Assembly (NCBI GenBank): GCA_963675595.2
Contig: CAXXLZ010000002.1
Location: 64,001 to 128,000, forward strand
Source: Thermodesulfobacteriota bacterium
GTDB lineage: Bacteria; Desulfobacterota; Desulfarculia; JACQYL01
Direction of reading: 5' to 3'
DNA length: 64,000 bases
Part shown: in pieces, positions 9,725-17,933 of the stretch
How the letters are laid out: each line of letters opens with the position of its first letter
Position numbering within the stretch: the first letter of the stretch is position 1
Program-made: the position numbers and the translations under genes
Notes under the pieces: model-generated
The model's database searches: none
Seen by the model: the letters and a program-made list of their open reading frames with translations, nothing else
Told to the model about the DNA's origin: nothing

Positions 9725-10783
9725 TCAGACCACGGATTTCTTCCTGAGTTTGAACACATGCGCCAGGATTTCGGCCACCGCTCTGTAAAGCTTGGCGGGG
9801 ATTTCCTGACCTATGTCCGTGGTTTTATACAAAAGTTGTGCCACGCCGGGGTTCTCCACAACGGCCACCCGGTGTTTCGATGCGATCTCCCTGATCTTGA
9901 GGGCGATATACCCGGCCCCTTTGGCCAACACCACGGGAGCCGCCATTCCTCTCTCATATTTCAGCGCTATCGCCAAATGGGTGGGGTTCGTGATGACGAC
10001 GTCGGCTTTGGGCACCGCCTCCATCATGCGCTTTCGTGCCATTTCCCGTTGCAGCGACCGGATACGTGATTTGATCTGGGGATCGCCTTCACTCTGTTTG
10101 TACTCGTCCTTGACCTCCTGCTTGGTCATCTTGAGACTCTTCTCGTGTTCATACCTTTGGTAGACGAAATCCAAGATGGCGAGGATCAACAGCACCCAAG
10201 CCGTGCGCATGACGATGTCGAAAGCCACTCGAAGGACGAAAAGCAGAACGCCCCAAGCGTCCTGGTCCATCAGGGTGAGGGCTTCGTCCACTTCGGCTTT
10301 GATGCTGTAATAGACCACCATCCCGACGATGACGAGCTTGGCGATGTTCTTCACCAGCTCCACCAACGACTTCAGGGAAGCGAACTTCTTCACGCCCTCG
10401 ATGGGGTTCAGCTTCTTGAGATCGGGCGCAATGGACTTCCAGGAAACATTGAACCCCACTTGAGCCACATTGACGATCACGGCACCCAGAAACACCGCGA
10501 TCATGATGGGCAGAACGATGCGAGCGATGACTTCAACGGATTGGAGCATAATGAGCATGCTCCCGTCCGTTGTGAGGTCTTCATGCACGATATTGGTGAA
10601 CGCGTGACCCCAGAACACCCTCAGTCGATCGAGAATGTCCCGGCCGGCGAAGTAGAAGACCAACAGCCCCGTCATCAACACCACTACCCCGCCCAGTTCC
10701 TTACCTTTGGCAACCTGGCCTTCTTCGCGCGCCTTGGACCGTCGGCGCGCGGTCGGTTGTTCGGTTTTTTCTTCGTCGGGCAA
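9725..10783 (-). CDS. flhB: Flagellar export protein FlhB
   Basis: EKTEQPT N-terminus, KMTKQEVKDE, NPTH autocleavage site. Confidence 0.98.
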   Translation of the reverse strand: MPDEEKTEQPTARRRSKAREEGQVAKGKELGGVVVLMTGLLVFYFAGRDILDRLRVFWGHAFTNIVHEDLTTDGSMLIMLQSVEVIARIVLPIMIAVFLGAVIVNVAQVGFNVSWKSIAPDLKKLNPIEGVKKFASLKSLVELVKNIAKLVIVGMVVYYSIKAEVDEALTLMDQDAWGVLLFVLRVAFDIVMRTAWVLLILAILDFVYQRYEHEKSLKMTKQEVKDEYKQSEGDPQIKSRIRSLQREMARKRMMEAVPKADVVITNPTHLAIALKYERGMAAPVVLAKGAGYIALKIREIASKHRVAVVENPGVAQLLYKTTDIGQEIPAKLYRAVAEILAHVFKLRKKSVV

Positions 10784-10799
10784 GCTCCCCTCCGGATTT

Positions 10800-11573
10800 C
10801 TACATGGCTCGGATCAGGGCATGGAGGTGCCCTTCGGATTGGGTGAACACTCTCTGTAGGAGGATGGAGAAAAAGGACATGCTGAGGCCGATGGCGGCCA
10901 GCCCAACGCCGATTTTCAAGGGAAATCCGACGATAAACACGTTCATCTGCGGGACGGTTCGCGCCATGAGCCCCAAAGCCACACTCACGAAAAAATTGAT
11001 TGCGATGACGGGAGCCGCGATCTGAATCGCCAGAGAAAAAAGTTGTCCCGACAACCCGATCAGCAGGTTCATCATCGGTTCGCTCAAATGCCACCCACCG
11101 AAGGGCATCACCCGGAAGCTCTCCTGTAGCGCACGTAGCAACATATGATGGGCATCCAAGGTGAAAAAAAGCAGCACCGTCATAAAATTGTACAACTGGC
11201 TGACCACCGAACTCCTGGATTGGGTGAAGGGATCGATTACGGCGACGATGCCGAGCCCCATTTGGAAGCCGGCCACTTGACCCGCAGTCTGTACGGCTCC
11301 GAATATGATTTGGATCGCGAATCCGATCACCACTCCGATCATTAGTTCACATCCTACGTAGATCAGCATGGCATAAGGAGACGTGATCAAGGGGAGGGTG
11401 AATTCAACCACCGGAAACAGAGAAAGGCTGATAACCAGCGAAAGGCCTACCTTGGCAAGATTGGGAAAGGATTGATTGTCGAATACCGGCGCAAAGAAAA
11501 GCACCGCGGCAACCCGGGCCATGATAAGCACGAGCTTCTCGATGTCTACGGCTGGTATCGAGAAGAATTCCAT
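10800..11573 (-). CDS. fliR: Flagellar export protein FliR
   Basis: GQVAGFQMGL, ARTVPQMNVFIVGFP. Confidence 0.96.
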   Translation of the reverse strand: MEFFSIPAVDIEKLVLIMARVAAVLFFAPVFDNQSFPNLAKVGLSLVISLSLFPVVEFTLPLITSPYAMLIYVGCELMIGVVIGFAIQIIFGAVQTAGQVAGFQMGLGIVAVIDPFTQSRSSVVSQLYNFMTVLLFFTLDAHHMLLRALQESFRVMPFGGWHLSEPMMNLLIGLSGQLFSLAIQIAAPVIAINFFVSVALGLMARTVPQMNVFIVGFPLKIGVGLAAIGLSMSFFSILLQRVFTQSEGHLHALIRAM

Positions 11574-11575
11574 GC

Positions 11576-11845
11576 TTACTTAACGTAGACTGGAAAATTA
11601 ATCAGAATGTCTCGTGTGAAGCTGATCAGCATGTTCATCATCCAAGGCCCGAACATCAGAAGCGCCAGCATCACGACAATGATCTTAGGAACGAACGTCA
11701 AAGTCATTTCTTGGATTTGAGTGACGGACTGGAATATGCTGATGACCAGACCTACGGCCAACCCCAATCCCAACATGGGCGCGGCGACAAGAAGTACGGT
11801 CTTAATCGTCTCTCTTGCGAAACCGATAATAAAATCCATCGTCAT
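11576..11845 (-). CDS. fliQ: Flagellar export protein FliQ
   Basis: FQSVTQIQEMTLTFVPK. Confidence 0.97.
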   Translation of the reverse strand: MTMDFIIGFARETIKTVLLVAAPMLGLGLAVGLVISIFQSVTQIQEMTLTFVPKIIVVMLALLMFGPWMMNMLISFTRDILINFPVYVK

Positions 11846-11858
11846 TTGCTTATTCCTC

Positions 11859-12620
11859 CTACGAAAAGCTCCTTACAAGAGAACCAATCAATAAATTCCA
11901 ACCATCCACAAGAACAAACAATAACAGCTTGAACGGAAGCGAAATCATGACAGGTGGAAGCATCATCATTCCCATACTCAACAAGACGGAAGCAATCACC
12001 ATGTCGAGAACCAAGAAAGGAATGTAAATCAGGAAGCCGATCTGAAAGGCGGTCCTGATCTCACTTAATGCGAAAGCGGGTATCACGGTTAACGTTGACA
12101 CCTCCGAAACGTTCTTCGGGCGGTCATCTTGTCCCATGCTTACAAACAGGGCGAGGTCCTTTTCACGCGTCTGTGCGAGCATGAAGCTCCGAATCGGCTG
12201 CTCCGCCCTTTTCAGAGCCTCGGACCGGTCTATCTCCTCGTTGATATACGGCTGTAATGCCGTCTTATTGATCTCGTTGATCACCGGAGACATGATGTAG
12301 AAGCTTAGAAACAAGGCAAGAGCGATCATCACCTGATTTGGAGGCATCTGTTGGGTTCCCATGGCTTGACGGAGGAACCCGAACACTACGACGATTCGGG
12401 TAAAGCAGGTAACCATCACAAGAATTGCCGGCGCCAGAGTGAGCACCGTAAGCAGGAGCATAACCTGCAGGGAAGTGGAAATCTGCTCCGGGCTCGAGAG
12501 GTCGCCGAGTCCGAATGGGATCGCGGGGTCCGCGGCTTGAGCGACCGCCGTCCCCACAAGCGCCAGAGACATCGAAACGAAGCCGAGTCCCAATACACCG
12601 CTCTTTTTAAGCTCTCCCAT
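11859..12620 (-). CDS. fliP: Flagellar export protein FliP
   Basis: FTRIVVV, QQMPPNQV, MGMMMLPPVMISLPFK; start set at ATG 12620. Confidence 0.96.
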   Translation of the reverse strand: MGELKKSGVLGLGFVSMSLALVGTAVAQAADPAIPFGLGDLSSPEQISTSLQVMLLLTVLTLAPAILVMVTCFTRIVVVFGFLRQAMGTQQMPPNQVMIALALFLSFYIMSPVINEINKTALQPYINEEIDRSEALKRAEQPIRSFMLAQTREKDLALFVSMGQDDRPKNVSEVSTLTVIPAFALSEIRTAFQIGFLIYIPFLVLDMVIASVLLSMGMMMLPPVMISLPFKLLLFVLVDGWNLLIGSLVRSFS

Positions 12621-12990
12621 CCCCTTCCACTCCGCCGCCGCGGCGCAGCAGGCCCGCCAGCATTTTGGGAAACCTTCCCGTTTCCGGCGCGACGGTGCGA
12701 TCGTATTCCGCCGACCCGGACCCATCTCCCTCCAGTCCGCCGAGGAGGCTGATCCGCTCGGACGTCAGCCCCAGAATCATTCTGCGTCCTTCCACCTCGA
12801 CCACCGCAATACTCTTCTTGGCTCCCAATGAACGCTGCCCCAGCACACGGATCGGAACCGCGCCGCTCCCGGGAGCCGCCCCTTTCCAAATGGTTCTTTT
12901 CGCCACATACAGCAGACCAAACATGATCCCCAACACGATCGCGAGAGCCGAAAACATTCTGGTCAGGCCGAAAAAAAAATCCGATTCCAT
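12607..12990 (-). CDS. fliO: Flagellar protein FliO/FliZ
   Basis: TM helix then IRVLGQRSLGAKKSIAVVEV; lies between fliN and fliP. Confidence 0.88.
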   Translation of the reverse strand: MESDFFFGLTRMFSALAIVLGIMFGLLYVAKRTIWKGAAPGSGAVPIRVLGQRSLGAKKSIAVVEVEGRRMILGLTSERISLLGGLEGDGSGSAEYDRTVAPETGRFPKMLAGLLRRGGGVEGDGRA

Positions 12991-13009
12991 GGGTGCCGCC
13001 TCCGTCGCC

Positions 13010-13345
13010 TTACTTGGACGCGCGAAGTCGTTCGGCGTGGCTGATGATGTCCGTCAGACGCACTCCGAACTTCTCGTTGACCACCACGACCTCCCCGCGA
13101 GCCACGAGGCGGTCGTTGACGCGAACCTCCATGGGTTCCCCGGCCAGTTTGGCGAGTTCCACAACGGAACCGACGCCCAGCTTGAGAAGATCATCTATGA
13201 GCATTCTGGTCCTTCCGAGTTCCACCGTGACCCTCAGGGGGATATCCAAAATAAAGTCAAGACTGGGATCTATCCCCTCGCCCGCGCCCTGCTGGGATTC
13301 CAAATCCTTGAATTCATGATCCTGAGCTTCTTCCGCCTCGCTCAT
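13010..13345 (-). CDS. fliN: Motor switch protein FliN
   Basis: ILDIPLRVTVELG, ARGEVVVVNEKFGVR. Confidence 0.97.
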   Translation of the reverse strand: MSEAEEAQDHEFKDLESQQGAGEGIDPSLDFILDIPLRVTVELGRTRMLIDDLLKLGVGSVVELAKLAGEPMEVRVNDRLVARGEVVVVNEKFGVRLTDIISHAERLRASK

Positions 13346-14324
13346 CTTTTTCCTCCGACACCATGCCGGTTATCTCAACGGCCAGGTTTCGCTTGATCGT
13401 TCCGGGCATACCTCGGAACTTGGGTATTCCTTCAACACTGACAACGACCTCATCCTGGCTGTCGCCTGCAAGCTCCAGGATGTCCCCGATGCCCATCTTC
13501 ATCAATTCCCGTCCCGGGACGACCGTGTTTCCCAGCTCCACAACCAATTCCACTTCCGCTTTCAGCAGCTGTCTGTAAAAGCGTCGGATCCATGCGTGGT
13601 CCACTTCGAGCTGGTCGCTTTGAAAACCGGCATGCAGCTTCTCTTTAATAGGTTCCAACGAGGAATAGGGAATGCAGAGCGTCATACCGGCGGATGCGAA
13701 CTCCATTTCGACATCGAAACTGATGACGACAACAACATCCGTGGGAGGCACAATCCCCACGAATTGCGGGTTGATTTCCGACCGAACGTAAGTAATGTCC
13801 ACCTCGTGTACCGGCTTCCACGCCCGGTTCATGGCGTCCAATCCCATCTGCAAAATCTTCAGAATGATTCTGGTTTCGATCCGGGTGAATTCCCGACCTT
13901 CCACCTTGATGCTGGTGCTTCCTTTGCCTCCCAGAAACAGGTCCACCAGGGTGAAGACGAGCTTGGACTCGAATATCACGAGTGAGTTGCCGCGGAGGGG
14001 GTCAAACCGGAGCACGTGAATGCTTGTCGGCACGGGTAGCGTCTTGAGAAATTCCCCGAACTTCATCATGTCCGTGGACACCAGGCTGACATCCACCACT
14101 TTTCGAAGCACTGTCGACAGGCTGTCCCTGAACAGCCTGCAGAAGCGATCATTGATGATTTCGAGAGTGGGCATGCGCCCGCGGATGATCCGATCCTGAC
14201 TCGTGAGATCGTAAATCACGACTCCCGAGTCGTCGATCGGACCCTCCTGCTCGGTCTCGATCTCACCTCCGGATACGCCCCTTAACAGGGCATCGACTTC
14301 TTCTTGGGATAGAATCTGGGACAT
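13314..14324 (-). CDS. fliM: Motor switch protein FliM
   Basis: MSQILSQEEVDALL CheY-binding motif. Confidence 0.97.
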   Translation of the reverse strand: MSQILSQEEVDALLRGVSGGEIETEQEGPIDDSGVVIYDLTSQDRIIRGRMPTLEIINDRFCRLFRDSLSTVLRKVVDVSLVSTDMMKFGEFLKTLPVPTSIHVLRFDPLRGNSLVIFESKLVFTLVDLFLGGKGSTSIKVEGREFTRIETRIILKILQMGLDAMNRAWKPVHEVDITYVRSEINPQFVGIVPPTDVVVVISFDVEMEFASAGMTLCIPYSSLEPIKEKLHAGFQSDQLEVDHAWIRRFYRQLLKAEVELVVELGNTVVPGRELMKMGIGDILELAGDSQDEVVVSVEGIPKFRGMPGTIKRNLAVEITGMVSEEKDERGGRSSGS

Positions 14325-14333
14325 CGCCGGTTC

Positions 14334-14876
14334 CTATTGAACCACGAATTCCGTAAAATACACTCTTTGGATCTTCCCCGTATTCAACAGGCGGTTGATC
14401 CGTGCCTTGATCTCACTCTTCAGCACCTGCTTCCCTGAAAGGCTTGAGATCTCCTCGTAACTCTTTGAGCTTAAGAGGGATATGATCGTATCCCTCAACT
14501 GGGGGGTCCTGTTGGTCAGCTCCCGAGAAAGAACATCGTTGTCCATCTCGAGCTTGACGCTTACCTTCAGGTATCTTTCCCCCTCCTTTTCCTGGAGATT
14601 GACCACGAAAGTATCCAAGGGAAACAAGGGACCCATCTCGGGATTGTATCTTACGGTTTCCTGTCTCGGTGCGGTCCCGGAAGATGTCTCCACGGAGCCG
14701 GTGCTGGGCGTTGACATCGTCGAAGAGGGAGAAAGAAGCAAAAACCATGCGGCGGCTCCTCCAAGCACAACGACGAGACCAATACCCGCTATGAGGATCA
14801 GGCCGAGCTTCCCTTTTTTCTTCTTCGGAACTTGCCCCCCCTCGGTGGCGCCTTTTTCCGTTTTCTCCTTTGCCAT
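14334..14876 (-). CDS. fliL: Flagellar basal body protein FliL
   Basis: TM helix, FVVNL, RYLKV, VYFTEFVVQ. Confidence 0.95.
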   Translation of the reverse strand: MAKEKTEKGATEGGQVPKKKKGKLGLILIAGIGLVVVLGGAAAWFLLLSPSSTMSTPSTGSVETSSGTAPRQETVRYNPEMGPLFPLDTFVVNLQEKEGERYLKVSVKLEMDNDVLSRELTNRTPQLRDTIISLLSSKSYEEISSLSGKQVLKSEIKARINRLLNTGKIQRVYFTEFVVQ

Positions 14877-14888
14877 AGGAACCGCTCC

Positions 14889-15788
14889 TCACATGTTGTA
14901 GGTCAGAAGGATTTCGACTCGCCGGTTCTCTTCCCTTCCCTCTTCGGTCCTGTTGGATGCCACAGGCCGGGAGTCGGCATATCCGGCCACCGAAAACATC
15001 TCTCGGGGCAAGCCGCTCACCTTATGGAGAATCTCCATCACCCCCATGGCCCTGCCGATGGAGAGTTCCCAGTTGCTCGGGAAACGGAGAGTATGTATGG
15101 GAAGATCATCCGTATGCCCTTCCACCACCACGTTCAAACCCTTGATGGTTGCTACGAAACGGCCGATACGCTCGATAATGGGAACCCCTTCCTCCTTGAC
15201 GTCCACTTCGCCGGAATCAAAGAGCAACACCTGGGGCACCATAATGCTTACGGAGCCGTCCTGCCGAATCTCGAAAATCAAGCCCGGATTTACATCCTGC
15301 AAAGCCTGAGCGCCACTTTTCAGAAGGTCGGCCGTATTCGGCGGCGACGGCGGTACCCGTCCCTCATGATCGGCTCCCTCCTTCTTGCCTTCGGATTTTC
15401 CCCCGGAGGAATCGGCAATGCGCTTCGTGACGGTGTTGGACGGTATTTCCTCTTTCCGAAGGGCATCGTCCCCCGCCGAGTTCGCTTGCTCCTCATCCGA
15501 CCGGTACAGACGCTCTACGGTTTTCGGCTGCTTGCCCGCCTTGAGTACGGGCACCATGGGCCGAAACACCTCGATCTCCTCGGTCACGCCTTCCCCCAAC
15601 GCCCCCAGCGAGTCACGGAATTCGCTGTAAAGACGTTTGGCTTTGCCCGAGTCCATGGAACCCATGGCCAGCAGCAAAACGAAAAAGGTCAGCAACAGCG
15701 TCATCAGATCGTTGAAAGTGGTCAGCCACGAGGCGCTGTCGGTCTTTTCCGCGGAATGTCTATTCCTTGGTCTTTTCCTCACCGGCAT
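14889..15788 (-). CDS. motB: MotB/OmpA-family stator protein (paralog 2)
   Basis: WLTTFNDLMTLLLTFFVLL, EGHTD, SNWELS, NRRVEI. Confidence 0.93.
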   Translation of the reverse strand: MPVRKRPRNRHSAEKTDSASWLTTFNDLMTLLLTFFVLLLAMGSMDSGKAKRLYSEFRDSLGALGEGVTEEIEVFRPMVPVLKAGKQPKTVERLYRSDEEQANSAGDDALRKEEIPSNTVTKRIADSSGGKSEGKKEGADHEGRVPPSPPNTADLLKSGAQALQDVNPGLIFEIRQDGSVSIMVPQVLLFDSGEVDVKEEGVPIIERIGRFVATIKGLNVVVEGHTDDLPIHTLRFPSNWELSIGRAMGVMEILHKVSGLPREMFSVAGYADSRPVASNRTEEGREENRRVEILLTYNM

Positions 15789-16512
15789 TGCCGTCCTTGT
15801 TGAGTGCGGTCAACTTGATCTCGACCCTCCGGTTCTTCGCCCGACCTTCCTCGGTATCGTTGGAGGCCAGGGGCCGATATTCGCCGTACCCTCTTGCCTG
15901 CAGTTTGCGAGGTGCAATTCGGAAGCGTTTCTCCATATAGAGCATCACTTCGGTGGCCCTCATGGCGGACAATTCCCAATTGGAAGGAAATACGGCGGTC
16001 CGAATGGGACGGTCGTCCGTGTGGCCGCCCACCACGGCAAGCACATCGGATTTGCGAATCGTGTTGGCGATGATGTCCAAGGCGTCATGGGCGGCCGGTT
16101 TGACGTCCGCCTTCCCCGAATCGAACAACAGATCGTCCTTCACCACGAACTCGACTCCATCCTCCGTGCCTTTTACTTCCACATATTCCTCCACCCCCGC
16201 TCCACCGAACTGGGCGATCAGGTTTTCCACGGTACGCCTTACCTCTTCCCGCACCGCAACACGGCCTTTCGAAGCCTGGTCCGGGGAATACAGCTTCAAT
16301 GATTTCCCCAGTTCAGCACTAACGCCGCCCTGTTGGAGACCAACGGCCCCGCGAAAAGACCTCGATATTTCGATCAGCCTTCCTTGTTCCATTTGCATGT
16401 AACTGACAATCAGAACGAAAAAGGTAACCAGAAGCATGGCGAGGTCCCCGTACGTCGTCATCCATATGGCCTCAAGCTTGTCGCCCTTTTTCCTCTTACG
16501 ATAGAAAGCCAT
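15760..16512 (-). CDS. motB: MotB/OmpA-family stator protein (paralog 1)
   Basis: WMTTYGDLAMLLVTFFVL, GHTDD, SNWELS, NRRVEI. Confidence 0.93.
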   Translation of the reverse strand: MAFYRKRKKGDKLEAIWMTTYGDLAMLLVTFFVLIVSYMQMEQGRLIEISRSFRGAVGLQQGGVSAELGKSLKLYSPDQASKGRVAVREEVRRTVENLIAQFGGAGVEEYVEVKGTEDGVEFVVKDDLLFDSGKADVKPAAHDALDIIANTIRKSDVLAVVGGHTDDRPIRTAVFPSNWELSAMRATEVMLYMEKRFRIAPRKLQARGYGEYRPLASNDTEEGRAKNRRVEIKLTALNKDGNAGEEKTKE

Positions 16513-16581
16513 GACGTCGATTTCCTCGGGCTACGATTGCCGTCGATTCAGACAAATTTGAAACGTTTCGGTTCCCATCGG

Positions 16582-17349
16582 TCACTGCAAGAAAGCACTT
16601 CTTCTCTCATCCGGAGGAACATACGCATGAAGCTTGTTTTCCACGATTCTGGGATTGTCCCCGGCTTGAATGGAGCGAATGCCTTCCGTAATTACCTCTT
16701 TTAACAGGATTTCTTCCTGGCTTCTGGTCTTGAGTTTTCCCGCAATGGGCAAACAGATCAGATTTGCCAGAATGACCCCGTAAAAAGTCGTCAATAAAGC
16801 GACGGCCATGGCGGGTCCGATTTTGCTCGGATCCTCCATTTGCATAAGCATCTGCACCAGGCCGATAAGGGTACCCACCATGCCCATGGCGGGCGCAAAA
16901 GTCCCCATGGTTGTGAACACCTCGGCGCCGAGCCGGTGTCTCTCCTCAATGTACTCGATCTCCGTCTCCAGGATACTGGAAATGACTTCCGGCTCCAATC
17001 CGTCTATGGCAAGGGCCAACCCCTTGGCCATGAAAGGGTCCGAAATCTTTCCGGATTCGTTTTCGAGAGCCAGGATTCCTTCCTTTCGGGTCACCTGGGC
17101 GAAGTGCACCATCGACTCGATCACTTCGGTTCTCGATGGAAGACTGTGGAAGACCACGTTTCTGACCACCATGAAAATGCGGAGAACGTCCTTCAGAGGA
17201 TAGTTGATCAAAGTCGCGCCAATGGTCCCGCCGACTACGATCATGATTGATGGAATGCTGACGAACCACCCGAAGCCTCCCCCAACGAAGATGGCCAAGA
17301 AGACCAGTCCGAATCCACTGATGATACCGATAATCGTCGAGATATCCAT
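16582..17349 (-). CDS. motA: MotA/PomA stator protein
   Basis: MDISTIIGI, APAMGMVGTLIGLVQML, AVALLTTFYG. Confidence 0.96.
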   Translation of the reverse strand: MDISTIIGIISGFGLVFLAIFVGGGFGWFVSIPSIMIVVGGTIGATLINYPLKDVLRIFMVVRNVVFHSLPSRTEVIESMVHFAQVTRKEGILALENESGKISDPFMAKGLALAIDGLEPEVISSILETEIEYIEERHRLGAEVFTTMGTFAPAMGMVGTLIGLVQMLMQMEDPSKIGPAMAVALLTTFYGVILANLICLPIAGKLKTRSQEEILLKEVITEGIRSIQAGDNPRIVENKLHAYVPPDERRSAFLQ

Positions 17350-17393
17350 TTGAGCCCCGTAACCGCAACTCCGGTTGAGTACGGCTTTCCTTG

Positions 17394-17410
17394 AGCAAGG
17401 ATCGTACCAA
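17394..17410 (-). promoter_or_regulatory. sigma54 -24/-12 promoter upstream of motA
   Basis: Minus strand TTGGTAC-GATCC-TTGCT, about 45 nt upstream of motA. Confidence 0.7.
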
Positions 17411-17933
17411 GCGACCCCACGAGGTCGCTCTGGCGATGCCCGATACCGATCGCCACCCGAAACTTGAAGTTCCCTTCATCGCTCCTTCGCGGTTTCCACG
17501 GGATCGACCCGATAGGGCGCCGCTGTTTTGAGATCGGTGCCTTCGGCTTTTGGCTCGAGCGAGACCAAATTTTTCCGAAAGAGCAACCGCCCGGAGTCAT
17601 GTTTTTGACGCCGGATACCGCTTAAGAAGCGGATTTCCCAAAGGTATCCGGGATGTCGGTCTTGAGAGTTCCAGGGAACTGTGTTACCTGTGCAGTTGAC
17701 GCGCTTGTTGCTTGTATTCCCGTGATGTGCCGACACACCGTTTTCCAAAATTCAGTATAGCCGGATCATGAGCGTTTGTGTATCCTTTGACCCCGGTCAG
17801 ACTGAAAATTTTCCTCTTTTCGCTCTTGAACGTCGCCTCGGACTCTGATCCAATGAGGCGGAAGACACGGAAACGCCCTCGAACGGCGGTCGCCGTGCGC
17901 CTTATCGTTACCTGCTCCCACAAGGAAAAAGTT

